Positions 55,161 through 64,000 of a DNA stretch of 64,000 bases are shown here, one piece after another. Location: assembly GCA_045807565.1 (NCBI GenBank), contig JBJMHD010000149.1:5116-69115 (forward strand), written 5' to 3'. This DNA is from Acidimicrobiales bacterium (lineage in GTDB: Bacteria; Actinomycetota; Acidimicrobiia; Acidimicrobiales; VFJN01). Every line of letters starts with the position of its first letter. Position 1 is the stretch's first letter. Below the pieces are notes generated by a model that saw nothing but the letters and a program-made list of their open reading frames with translations, was not told the origin of the DNA and did not search any database. The position numbers and the translations under genes were made by a program.

Positions 55161-56216
55161 GTGCCCGTCAACGTCCCCGGGCTCGTGTCGGCCACCGACC
55201 TCCACGCCACCCTCGACGGCATCGCCGAATGGCAGCTGCCGTCCGGGATGATCCCCTGGTTCCCCGGCGGGCACGCCGACCCGTGGAACCACGTGGAAGC
55301 GGCCATGGCGCTCGATGTGGGGGGCCGCCGGGCCGAGGCCGACCGCGCCTACGAGTGGCTCGTGGACCTCCAGCGCGAGGACGGGTCCTGGCACCAGTAC
55401 TACATCGCAGGCGACGACGGCTCGACGCTCGTGGAGCAGGACAAGCTCGACGCCAACGTGTGCGCCTTCGTGGCCGCCGGCGTGTGGCACCGATGGCTCC
55501 TCACCGACGACAAGGGGTTCGTGGAGGAGCTGTGGCCGGTGGTCGAGAAGGCGATCGACTTCGTGCTCGAGCTCCAGACGCCGCGTGGCGAGATCCTGTG
55601 GGCTCGCCACGCCGACGGCACCCCCTGGAGCTTCGCCCTGCTCACCGGTTCCAGCTCGATGTGCCACAGCCTCCGCTGTGCCATCGGGATCGCCGAGCTG
55701 CTGGGGCACGAGCGGCCCGACTGGGAGATCTCGGCGGCCCGGCTGGCCCATGCCGTGCGGGAGATCCCGGAGGCCTTCGCCCCCAAGCACCGCTGGGCGA
55801 TGGACTGGTACTACCCGGTCCTCGGCGGCGTGGTGCTCGGCGAGGCGGGTCGTGCGCGGCTCGATGGCCGCAAGGACACCTTCCTGATGGACGGCAGAGG
55901 CGTCCGCTGCGTGTCGGACCGTCCGTGGATCACCGTCGCCGAGACGTGCGAGTGCGCCATGGCGTACCTCGCCGTGGGTGAGCGGGAGATGGCCCACACC
56001 CTCTTCGGGTGGGCGCAGCAGTTCCGCCACGACGAGGACGGCCGCTACTGGACCGGCACCGTGTTCCCCGACGAGGCCCGCTTCCCCGGCGGCGAGCGCA
56101 GCACCTACACCGCCGCCAGCGTCATCCTCGCCGCCGACGCCCTCGCCGGCAGCACGCCCGCCAGCGCCCTCTTCGTCGAGACCGCCGGCGTGTTGCCCCC
56201 GTTGATGGACATGTAG
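55161..56216 (+). CDS. (alpha/alpha)6-barrel protein, prenyltransferase-like (MmpH-like glycoside hydrolase by context)
   Basis: DPWNHVEAAMAL, LQREDGSW, MDWYYP, PWITVAETCE, STYTAA. Confidence 0.75.
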   Translation: MPVNVPGLVSATDLHATLDGIAEWQLPSGMIPWFPGGHADPWNHVEAAMALDVGGRRAEADRAYEWLVDLQREDGSWHQYYIAGDDGSTLVEQDKLDANVCAFVAAGVWHRWLLTDDKGFVEELWPVVEKAIDFVLELQTPRGEILWARHADGTPWSFALLTGSSSMCHSLRCAIGIAELLGHERPDWEISAARLAHAVREIPEAFAPKHRWAMDWYYPVLGGVVLGEAGRARLDGRKDTFLMDGRGVRCVSDRPWITVAETCECAMAYLAVGEREMAHTLFGWAQQFRHDEDGRYWTGTVFPDEARFPGGERSTYTAASVILAADALAGSTPASALFVETAGVLPPLMDM

Positions 56217-56398
56217 GGCACGCACGGCGGGACGCCGCGAGCCTGGCTGGCCGAGACGGGCTGGTCGATGGCATCAGGTCAAGGGCGCGGCGACGACAGC
56301 GACGATCCCCGTCCGCCCCCGCCCCGCATGCCTGCGACATCTCGCGGCCGATCTGGCCATCTGGTGTCGCAAGCTCGCGCGGTGCAGTCCAGCGCAGC

Positions 56399-57019
56399 TC
56401 AGACGCGCCGGAGCACGCGCAGGCTGCCGACCCTTGCCATCTCCGTGAAGGCGCCCGATTCGATGGCGGGCTTGTAGATCTGCTCGTACGGGGCTTGGCC
56501 GCCGTCGGCGGGGTCCTCGAAGACGTCGTGGATGCAGAAGGTGCCGCCGGTGACCAGGTGCGGGGTCCAGAGGTCGTGGTCGAGGCGCGCGGGCTCGGCG
56601 CCGTGGCCGCCATCGATGAAGAGGAACGCCAGCGGGGTGGCCCACGCTCGCGCGACCGTCGGCGAGTCCCCGACGACGGCGACCACGGTGCCCTCCAGGC
56701 CGGCGTCGTGCACCGTCTTGCGGAAGAAGGGCAGCGTGTCCATCTTCCCGACGGCGGGATCCACGAGGTCCGGTTCGTGCCACTCCCACCCGGGCTGGTT
56801 CTCCTCGGAGCCGCGGTGGTGGTCGACGGTGAACAGCACCCGACCGAGCTGTCGGGCGGCGGCGCCGAGGTACACCGACGACTTCCCGCAGTAGGTGCCG
56901 ACCTCGAGGAGAGGGCCCTCCGCGTCGACGGCGAGCGCGGCGTCGTGCAGGGCACGCCCCTCCTCGGCGGGCATGAACCCGCGGGCCGCCTCCGCGTGCC
57001 GGCGGAGGTCGTCGTCCAC
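56399..57019 (-). CDS. Class I SAM-dependent methyltransferase (Methyltransf_24; MeT1-like)
   Basis: GFMPAEEG, EVGTYCGKS, DHHRGSEENQPGWE, FIDGGH, HDVFEDPADGGQAP; GTG overlaps the upstream TAG. Confidence 0.85.
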   Translation of the reverse strand: MDDDLRRHAEAARGFMPAEEGRALHDAALAVDAEGPLLEVGTYCGKSSVYLGAAARQLGRVLFTVDHHRGSEENQPGWEWHEPDLVDPAVGKMDTLPFFRKTVHDAGLEGTVVAVVGDSPTVARAWATPLAFLFIDGGHGAEPARLDHDLWTPHLVTGGTFCIHDVFEDPADGGQAPYEQIYKPAIESGAFTEMARVGSLRVLRRV

Positions 57020-57678
57020 TACCAGGTCTCGACGTGGATGATCCGGTCGAGGTCGCGCCGGGGGCCGGGCTTGAAGTCGGTGCCACCGAGCGGGTGGGCG
57101 ACGGGGATGAGCGCGCCCTGCATCACGTGGTCGGGGATGCCGAGGAGCTCGGCCGTCTCCTTCTCCTTCACCAGGTGCAGGGTCGTGTAGCACGACGCCA
57201 ACCCGCGGGCTCGAGCAGCGAGCTGGAAGCTCCACACCGCCGGGAGGAGGGAGCCCCACTGGGAGGCCTGCCACACTGCCGGTGCGCCGTCGGTGCGGCC
57301 CTCGATGCAGGCGATCACCCACAGGGGCACGTCCGCCAGGTGGTCGGCGAGGTAGTCGGCGGAGTCGATCACCTTGCTCGTGGTGGACACGTAGGCGGTG
57401 TCCTCCTGCGGGAGGTTGCCGAGGACAGCGTCCTTGCTGCCGTAGAACGCCTTGAACGCCTCGCGGTACCACCCGGCGATCGGCCGCATCTTCTCCTTGT
57501 CCGTGACGATCACCCAGTGCCACCCCTGGTTGTTGCCACCGGTGGGCGCCTGGGTGGCGACGTCGATGCACTCGCGGATCACCGCCAGGTCGACCGGCGT
57601 CTCCAGGTCGAGGCGCTTCCGCACCGAGCGGGTGGTGGAGAGCAGCTGGTCCGGATCGAGGGGCAGGAGCGTCGACAT
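57019..57678 (-). CDS. Nitroreductase family protein
   Basis: LLSTTRSVRKRLD, AP.GGNNQGW, ARARGL..C.TTLH. Confidence 0.9.
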   Translation of the reverse strand: MSTLLPLDPDQLLSTTRSVRKRLDLETPVDLAVIRECIDVATQAPTGGNNQGWHWVIVTDKEKMRPIAGWYREAFKAFYGSKDAVLGNLPQEDTAYVSTTSKVIDSADYLADHLADVPLWVIACIEGRTDGAPAVWQASQWGSLLPAVWSFQLAARARGLASCYTTLHLVKEKETAELLGIPDHVMQGALIPVAHPLGGTDFKPGPRRDLDRIIHVETW

Positions 57679-57700
57679 GGCCCGGGACGCTAACCCGCGG

Positions 57701-58174
57701 TCAGGTGGCGGGGTGGTCCTCCTGCGACAGGACCTCATCCTTCTCGGAGTGCCCGAACATGATCTGATCGAGGAAGAGGAACTTCGCCACCCAGAGGATG
57801 CCGAACCCCGCGAGGTTGGCCGCCATCACGAGGAGGGTGGAGTCCGAGATGTCCTCGGCGATGGCCACCAGGGCCGTGGACAGGGCGAGGCCGGCACCGG
57901 TGAACACCCAGAACGGCAGGATCTCCCGCCGCACGCTGATCTTGCCGTCCACGTTCCACACCCAGCGCTTGTTCAGGAAGAACACCGGTATGGCGCAGAT
58001 CATCACGGCTGCCACGTTCGACCGCGTGGCGTCCATGTCGAGGAGCCCGACGTAGATCGCCAGCTGGAGCTGGGTGAGGGCGACGCCGAACACCGAGACC
58101 ATCGAGTACTTGATCGCCAGGTCGCCCCGGCCTCCGGTGACCCGATCGAGCAGCGCAGCAGGAGACAGCTTCAC
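57701..58174 (-). CDS. GtrA-family membrane protein
   Basis: 4 TM; KYSMVSVFG, SNVAA, FLNKRWVW, KFLFLDQIMF. Confidence 0.82.
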   Translation of the reverse strand: MKLSPAALLDRVTGGRGDLAIKYSMVSVFGVALTQLQLAIYVGLLDMDATRSNVAAVMICAIPVFFLNKRWVWNVDGKISVRREILPFWVFTGAGLALSTALVAIAEDISDSTLLVMAANLAGFGILWVAKFLFLDQIMFGHSEKDEVLSQEDHPAT

Positions 58175-58218
58175 GACATCGGAGCCTACGGGGAGGTCCT
58201 CGAGGAACCCCGCATCGC

Positions 58219-59400
58219 TCAGTCCACCAGGGCGTTCGCCTGGGCGATCCGACCGAGCCATCGCGCGCTCGCCTTGGGGGTGCGCTCGAAGGTGTGCCGA
58301 TCGCAGTCGACGATCCCGAACCGGGGGCCGTAGCCGTACGCCCACTCGAAGTTGTCGAGGAGGCTCCAGTACGTGTAGCCGCGCACGTCGATGCCCTCGT
58401 CGATGCAGTCGAGCACGCCATCGAGGGCGGTGCGGACGTAGGCGACGCGCTGCTCGTCGTCGTCGGTGCCGATGCCGTTCTCGGTGACGATGATCGGCAC
58501 CTCGCCCTTGGTGTACTCCCAGGCCCGGCGGATCGTGGCGGCCAGCGACTCGGGGTAGTACTCGTAGCCCATGATCAGCGTCGGCACGCCGTCCTCGGGG
58601 CCCAGCACCCCGTCCGGCCCGACGCGGGTGCGCGAGTACGTCTGCACGCCGACGAAGTCGTCGCCCACGGTGGCGTCGAAGAACACGTCCTCCATGCTCC
58701 TGCGGATCTGGTCGAGCTTGGACTCGCCCCCGTCCACCGCCTGGTAGTCGCTCATGGCGAGGGTGATGCCCACCGGCACGCCCGGCGCGCTGGCGCGGAT
58801 GGCGTCCACGCCGGCGCGGTGGCTGCGCACGAAGACCTCGTTCACGCGGCGGCGAGCGTCGCGGTCGCGCTTGCCCGGCGGGAAGGCGCCGCCGAGGTAC
58901 CCGATGGTGGACACCATGCTCGGCTCGTTGATCGTGCACGCCCGCGCCATCACCCCATCGAGCCGGGCGGCCGCCTTCGCGCAGTAGGCGGCGAAGCGCT
59001 CCGGCATGTCGTCGCGCTCCCATCCACCGAGGTCGGCGAGCCAGATCGGCGTGGTGAAGTGGTGGAAGGTGACAACCGGCGCGATCCCGGCCGCACGGAG
59101 CCCCTCGCACACCCGGGCGTAGTGGTCCAAGGCCACCGTGGACCACTCGCCCTCGGCGGGCTCGATGCGGCTCCACTCCAGGCTGAAGCGGTAGTCGGTG
59201 AACCCGAGCTCCTTCAGCAGGGCGATGTCCTCCGGCCAGCGGTGCCAGCTGTCGCAGCAGTCGCCGCTGGACTCCTTGCAGCCCGACTCCGGGTCGTGCT
59301 CCCAGCGCCACCAGTCGTTGTTGACGTTGCCGCCCTCGATCTGGTGGGCGGCGGTCGCGGTCCCCCAGCGGAACCCGTCGGGGAAGGCGCGTGCGGACAT
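58219..59400 (-). CDS. Glycoside hydrolase family 1 (beta-glucosidase)
   Basis: WGTATAAHQIEG, RFSLEWSRIEP, TINEP, VTENG, YWSLLDNFEW. Confidence 0.95.
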   Translation of the reverse strand: MSARAFPDGFRWGTATAAHQIEGGNVNNDWWRWEHDPESGCKESSGDCCDSWHRWPEDIALLKELGFTDYRFSLEWSRIEPAEGEWSTVALDHYARVCEGLRAAGIAPVVTFHHFTTPIWLADLGGWERDDMPERFAAYCAKAAARLDGVMARACTINEPSMVSTIGYLGGAFPPGKRDRDARRRVNEVFVRSHRAGVDAIRASAPGVPVGITLAMSDYQAVDGGESKLDQIRRSMEDVFFDATVGDDFVGVQTYSRTRVGPDGVLGPEDGVPTLIMGYEYYPESLAATIRRAWEYTKGEVPIIVTENGIGTDDDEQRVAYVRTALDGVLDCIDEGIDVRGYTYWSLLDNFEWAYGYGPRFGIVDCDRHTFERTPKASARWLGRIAQANALVD

Positions 59401-59442
59401 GGGCGGGACCGTACCTCCGGTCTCGTACGCGAGGATGGCCCG

Positions 59443-60297
59443 ATGTCCCAGGACGCCGTCGACGCGCTGGTGGCGCTGCTCGACCTCGAACCGATCGAGG
59501 TCAACATCTTCCGTGGCGTGTCCCCGGACGAGGATCGTCAGCGCGTGTTCGGTGGCCAGGTCGCCGGGCAGGCGCTCGTCGCGGCCGCCCGCACCGTGGA
59601 GCCCGGCCGGTCCGTCCACTCGCTCCACGCCTACTTCCTCCGCCCCGGCGACGTGCGCGTGCCGATCCTCTACGAGGTGGACCGCATCCGCGACGGCCGC
59701 TCGTTCACCACCCGCAGGGTCGTCGCCATCCAGCACGGACGGGCCATCTTCAACCTGCAGTGCAGCTTCCAGGTGCCTGAGGACGGCCTCGAGTTCGAGG
59801 CGCCCATGCCCGACGTCCCTGACCCGGAGAGCCTTCCGGACTTCACCGCCCGCATGGCGCCGTACGCCGACAAGATGGGCGACTGGTACCTCCGGCCGCG
59901 GCCCATCGACATGCGCCACGTCGACCTCACCCCGCCCGACGAGCCGGGGCCCCGATCGCCGTTCCAACAGGTGTGGCTCCGTGCCGACGGCATGTTGCCG
60001 GACGACCCGGTGCTCCACGCGTGCGTCGTCACCTACGCGAGCGACATGACGCTCCTCGACACCGCGGTGCGGCCCCATGGGCGCGTGTGGGGCGACGAGG
60101 GGCTGATGATGGCGAGCCTCGACCACGCCATGTGGTTCCACCGGTCCTTCCGGGCCGACGAGTGGCTCCTCTACGACCAGGACACGCCGTCCTCGTCGGG
60201 CAGCCGCGGCGTGGGCCGCGGGAACATCTTCACCCGTGGTGGGCACCTCGCGGTCACGGTCGTGCAGGAGGGTCTGATCAGGGTGATGCGAGCTTGA
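59443..60297 (+). CDS. tesB: Acyl-CoA thioesterase II
   Basis: VFGGQVAGQAL, HSLHAYFLRPGD, RDGRSFTTRRV, ASLDHAMWFHR, VVQEGLIR. Confidence 0.95.
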   Translation: MSQDAVDALVALLDLEPIEVNIFRGVSPDEDRQRVFGGQVAGQALVAAARTVEPGRSVHSLHAYFLRPGDVRVPILYEVDRIRDGRSFTTRRVVAIQHGRAIFNLQCSFQVPEDGLEFEAPMPDVPDPESLPDFTARMAPYADKMGDWYLRPRPIDMRHVDLTPPDEPGPRSPFQQVWLRADGMLPDDPVLHACVVTYASDMTLLDTAVRPHGRVWGDEGLMMASLDHAMWFHRSFRADEWLLYDQDTPSSSGSRGVGRGNIFTRGGHLAVTVVQEGLIRVMRA

Positions 60298-61565
60298 GGC
60301 GGGCCGCAGCCGCGCTCGCGGTCCTCACCCTCCTGGCGGCGTGCACCGACGACGAGCCGGGCAAGGAGGCGTCCACGACCTCCACCGAGCGCGCCGCCGA
60401 CGACACGACCACCTCCACCGAGGCCCCGGCCGAGGGCACCCTCGACGACGTCGACCTCGCGGCGCGGGAGGTCGGAACGCTCGACGCGCCCACCGCGCTC
60501 GCGTCGCGGCCCGGCTCGTCCGACCTGTACATCGCGGAGAAGGGCGGACGCGTGCGCCTCATCAAGGCGCAGGAGGACGAGGTCGGCAAGCAGCCCGGCC
60601 GCATCACGTACCAGGTGCAGAGCACGCCGCTGCTCGACATCTCCGACCGCGTCATCGACGACGGGGAGCGCGGGCTCCTCGGGATCGCGTTCTCCAGCGA
60701 CGGCCGCAGGGTCTACCTCGACTACACGCGCCAGCCCGACGGCGCCACGGTGGTGGCCGAGTACACGCTTGGCGACAGCCCCAGGATCGACAAGGGGAGC
60801 AGGCGCGAGCTGCTGATGGTCGAACAGCCCTTCCCCAACCACAACGGCGGCCAGCTCGTGACCGGACCGGACGGGTACCTGTACGTCGGCCTGGGCGACG
60901 GGGGCAACGGCGGCGACCCCTTCGGGCACGGCCAGAACACGTCCACGTTGCTGGGATCCATCCTGCGCATCGATCCCGAGAGCAGCACCGACGACCGGGA
61001 GTACGGCATCCCCGACGGCAACCCCTTCGCCGACGGCGAGCACGGCGCGCCGGAGGTCTGGCTGTACGGCACTCGCAACCCCTGGCGCTTCAGCTTCGAC
61101 TCCGACACCGGCGATCTCTGGGTGGCCGACGTCGGCCAGGACGCCTACGAGGAGATCGACCTGCTCCCCGCCCAGGACGGCTTCGATGCCGGCCGCGGCG
61201 ACAACCTCGGCTGGGCGGAGATGGAGGGCAAGCACCCCTTCAAGGGCGGGAAGAACCCTGCGGGCGCCGTCCTCCCGATCTTCGAGTACGGGCGGGACGA
61301 CGGCTGCTCCGTGGTGGGCGGGTTCGTCTACCGCGGCGACGACATCCCCGGCCTCCAGGGCACCTACCTCTACGACGACTACTGCGGCACCGGCGTCCGC
61401 GGCCTGCAGGTGGACGGTGAGGAGGTCATCGACACCCGCACGTGGGACCTCCCGATCGAGGACCCCTACTCCCTCGGCCAGGACGATGCCGGTGAGCTCT
61501 ACGTCCTCCTGGCGAGCGGTCCCGTCCTCAAGCTGGTCCCCCCCGCCACCGGCGAGGGCGACTGA
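60294..61565 (+). CDS. PQQ-dependent sugar (glucose/sorbosone) dehydrogenase family lipoprotein
   Basis: TTG overlaps the tesB stop; lipobox LAAC; ERGLLG, NHNGGQL, GDGG, GTRNPWRFSFD, DVGQDAYEEI. Confidence 0.88.
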   Translation: MRRAAAALAVLTLLAACTDDEPGKEASTTSTERAADDTTTSTEAPAEGTLDDVDLAAREVGTLDAPTALASRPGSSDLYIAEKGGRVRLIKAQEDEVGKQPGRITYQVQSTPLLDISDRVIDDGERGLLGIAFSSDGRRVYLDYTRQPDGATVVAEYTLGDSPRIDKGSRRELLMVEQPFPNHNGGQLVTGPDGYLYVGLGDGGNGGDPFGHGQNTSTLLGSILRIDPESSTDDREYGIPDGNPFADGEHGAPEVWLYGTRNPWRFSFDSDTGDLWVADVGQDAYEEIDLLPAQDGFDAGRGDNLGWAEMEGKHPFKGGKNPAGAVLPIFEYGRDDGCSVVGGFVYRGDDIPGLQGTYLYDDYCGTGVRGLQVDGEEVIDTRTWDLPIEDPYSLGQDDAGELYVLLASGPVLKLVPPATGEGD

Positions 61566-61615
61566 TCCCTCCGCGCGCCACGCGGCGCCCGCGCCGCCTC
61601 CTAGCCTGGGCGACC

Positions 61616-62587
61616 GTGGGTCGGGCTGCGGCGGCATTCCTCCTCTTCGCGCTGGTGGCTGCGTGCGCGCACGCGGCCGAGCCCACGGCCGCGCCCGAAC
61701 GGCCGCCGCTGGCGACCACGACCACCCAGCCGACGACCACCACGACCGCCCCACCCCCCACGACCACGACGACCGCCCCGCCGACCACCACCACCGGCAG
61801 CGAGCCGGTCGACGTGTTCGCGCTCGTGCCCCCCGCCGCCTCGCGCATCCCGGCGACCCTGGCGAAGCAGATCATCGCGGCGGAGGCCACGATCCGGAGC
61901 CCGAGCTCGAGCGAGCTCGAGACGGCCCAAGCCGCGCTCCTGCAACAGGTCGCCTACCGCCAGCTCGGCGCGCATCCGGAGTGGGACGGCGTCGTCGCGG
62001 CGGCGCTGCCCGAGGGGCTCCGGGCCGTCGCCCGTCTCCAGGCGGCCGCGCGTCGCGAGTTCCGCGGCATGCACACGAGGCGCTCGAGCACGCTCCCCGC
62101 CTGGCGGATCGTGCAGCCGGAACCCCCCGACGAGCTCCTCGAGGCGTACCGCGCCGCCGAAGCCGAGTTCGGCATCCCGTGGAAGTACCTGGCCGCCATC
62201 AACCTCGTCGAGACCGGCATCGGGCGCATCCGCGGCACGTCGATCGCCGGCGCGCAGGGGCCCATGCAGTTCATGCCCGCCACCTGGGAGGCCTATGGCG
62301 GCGGCGGGGACATCAACGACACCAAGGACGCGATCAGCGCGGCCGCCCGCTACCTCGCCGCCAACGGCGGGGCCCGCGACATCGCCGGCGCCCTGTACCG
62401 CTACAACCACAGCAACCGCTACGTCGTGGGCGTGCAGGTGTACGCCGATCTGATCGCGGAGCACCCCCGCGCCTTCCTGGGCTTCTACTACTGGGGCGTG
62501 TGGTACCTCACCGACCGCGGCGATGTGTACCTGCCGGTCGGCTACGAGCAGGGCGCGCCCATCCCGGTGAGCGAGTACCGGCCCTGA
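61616..62587 (+). CDS. Lytic transglycosylase (SLT) lipoprotein
   Basis: Lipobox VAAC; Thr/Pro linker; AAINLVET, GAQGPMQFMPATW, YRYNHS. Confidence 0.88.
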   Translation: MGRAAAAFLLFALVAACAHAAEPTAAPERPPLATTTTQPTTTTTAPPPTTTTTAPPTTTTGSEPVDVFALVPPAASRIPATLAKQIIAAEATIRSPSSSELETAQAALLQQVAYRQLGAHPEWDGVVAAALPEGLRAVARLQAAARREFRGMHTRRSSTLPAWRIVQPEPPDELLEAYRAAEAEFGIPWKYLAAINLVETGIGRIRGTSIAGAQGPMQFMPATWEAYGGGGDINDTKDAISAAARYLAANGGARDIAGALYRYNHSNRYVVGVQVYADLIAEHPRAFLGFYYWGVWYLTDRGDVYLPVGYEQGAPIPVSEYRP

Positions 62588-62613
62588 CGCGACGGCTGGT
62601 AGACCCACTGGCC

Positions 62614-63051
62614 GTGACCCCGGGAGACGAGATCCGCAACCTGCTGGGCCAGTACTGCGAGCGGATCGACACCGCCGACTTCGACGGAGTGGGTGAGCTC
62701 TTCGAGCACGCCGCGCTGGCCGACGAGCACGGCCGCGAGCTGGCGCGCGGTTCAGCGGCGGTGCGCGACTTCTACCGCGCCGGGACGCTGCTGCACGACG
62801 GCTCGCCGCGCACGAAGCACGTCGTGACCAACACGGTGCTCGACGTGTCCGAGGGCACCGACCGCGCCGGTGCGCGCTCGTCGTACGTCGTGCTGCAGCA
62901 GGTGGGCGATGGGCCGCTGCACCCGATCATCACCGGCCGGTACCACGACTCCTTCGAGCGCCACGACGGCCGGTGGCGGTTCGCCGAGCGCCGGTTCCTG
63001 GTGGACCTCGTGGGCGATCTGCGCGACCACCTCGCCTACGAGCTCGGGTGA
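62614..63051 (+). CDS. NTF2/SnoaL-like protein
   Basis: IRNLLGQYCERID...TKHVVTN...GRYHDSFERHDGRWRFAER. Confidence 0.85.
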   Translation: MTPGDEIRNLLGQYCERIDTADFDGVGELFEHAALADEHGRELARGSAAVRDFYRAGTLLHDGSPRTKHVVTNTVLDVSEGTDRAGARSSYVVLQQVGDGPLHPIITGRYHDSFERHDGRWRFAERRFLVDLVGDLRDHLAYELG

Positions 63052-63058
63052 CGCGCCG

Positions 63059-63631
63059 CTAGCGCGACTCGACCAGCTCGCTGGCCTTCGTCCGGGCCTG
63101 ATCGGCGAGCTCGGCGCCCTTGGTGACGGCCTCGTCGGTGAGGTCGACCATCCGCTTCCTGGCGCGCCGCCCCTGCTCCTTGGCCCGCTTGCTCTGCTTC
63201 CTCGCCTGCTTGCGCGCTTCCTCGGCGGCGGCCTCGGCACGCTTCGACGCCTTGGCCGCAGCCTTCCGGCCGCGACGGCTGAGATCCCTCGCCCGCTCCT
63301 CGACGACCGGTGTGGCAGAGCTCACGATGCCCTCGATGGCCTCGATGGCGCTGGCCGCGGCGGCCCGTCGGCGCTCACGGCGCTTGCGCTGGTCCGCACC
63401 TCCCTTGCTGGCCTTCCGGGCCTGCTGCAGGGCCTGGAGCTCCGCCTGGCGAGCGCGCTTCTCGGCCGCAGCCACGCGCTTGTCGGACTCCGCTCGGGCG
63501 GCCTGCTCCCCGGCCAGCTCGGCCTCCGCGTCCCGGTACGCCTTCTCGGCGCGGCGCAGCTGCTCCTTCTTGGAGCGGAACGGCACGATGCCGAGCGTCC
63601 CGATGGACACGGTCTTGCGGATGAGCCCCAT
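63059..63631 (-). CDS. Hypothetical basic coiled-coil protein
   Basis: 190 aa, Ala/Lys/Arg/Glu-rich; N-terminus MGLIRKTVSIGTLGIVPFRSKKE. Confidence 0.7.
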   Translation of the reverse strand: MGLIRKTVSIGTLGIVPFRSKKEQLRRAEKAYRDAEAELAGEQAARAESDKRVAAAEKRARQAELQALQQARKASKGGADQRKRRERRRAAAASAIEAIEGIVSSATPVVEERARDLSRRGRKAAAKASKRAEAAAEEARKQARKQSKRAKEQGRRARKRMVDLTDEAVTKGAELADQARTKASELVESR

Positions 63632-63727
63632 GGTTCGGACCTCCAGTGGGCGGCGGGCGTCCCCCGGTCTACCCCATGCACGCCGCTCTGATCCCGGAGA
63701 CCTCCAGCACCCCTACGATGCGGCGCC

Positions 63728-64000
63728 GTGGCCGAGCCCCGCACGTACCGCCAGCACCGCTTCGCGCCTCCGCCGGGCGCCACCGAGCTGATCCTCGTCC
63801 GGCACGGCGAGTCCGCCCCCGCGGTGGTCGGCCAGCCGTTCGCGCTCGTGGACGGTCACGGCGACCCGGAGCTCTCGCCCGAAGGCCGGGAGCAAGCGAT
63901 CAAGGTGTGCGCGCGCCTCGCCGGGGAGGGAGTCGACGCCATCTACGTCTCGAAGCTCCGCCGCACCAGCGAGACCGCGCAGGCCCTCGCCGCGTCGCTC
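63728..64000 (+). CDS. Histidine phosphatase family protein (truncated by window end)
   Basis: Not in the ORF track; GTG 63728 gives ...LILVRHGES...LSPEGREQA...IYVSKLRRTSETA (RHG motif). Confidence 0.85.
   Translation, partial: MAEPRTYRQHRFAPPPGATELILVRHGESAPAVVGQPFALVDGHGDPELSPEGREQAIKVCARLAGEGVDAIYVSKLRRTSETAQALAASL

Noticed and set aside
61710-61800. ACC/ACG-rich low-complexity tract
   Set aside because: It encodes the Thr/Pro linker of the transglycosylase lipoprotein and is not an independent repeat.
1-64000. Many long overlapping ORFs in the six-frame track (e.g. 2768-6037 +, 12856-16068 +, 18379-22077 +, 32430-34784 -, 34942-37092 +)
   Set aside because: They are antisense or shifted shadows of well-supported genes, rich in Arg/Ala/Gly/Pro and without motifs; this is expected at very high GC.

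Overview
A very GC-rich actinobacterial chromosomal segment, most likely from an Acidimicrobiia-like lineage (inferred from gene content and many leaderless TANNNT promoters; not verifiable here). It is densely coding, with about 60 CDS. I found no rRNA, tRNA, CRISPR array, prophage or transposase. Most long ORFs in the supplied track are GC-rich shadow frames, so I re-called several starts. Housekeeping content includes hemE-hemH-hemG/Y, lnt, engB, dtd, tesB, ndh, two ABC-F proteins and a HelD-like ATPase. The most interesting parts are five. (1) A cobalamin-riboswitch operon pairs an ECF transporter with two surface-anchored proteins that together resemble a split transcobalamin/intrinsic-factor-like B12 capture module, plus a Cys-rich DUF5522-like protein. 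(2) A single polypeptide fuses adenylation, carrier and membrane acyltransferase-3 domains, and it shares a TTAGG-N4-CCTAA operator with the adjacent DtxR-family regulator. (3) A four-gene set resembles the mycobacterial methylmannose polysaccharide (MMP) cluster. (4) A DNA-repair neighbourhood (AlkB-like, Nei, AlkZ-like, Lhr) carries a LexA box and a PafBC-type promoter. (5) The Lnt has Ser where the catalytic Cys is expected. Two non-coding repeat elements are also present.
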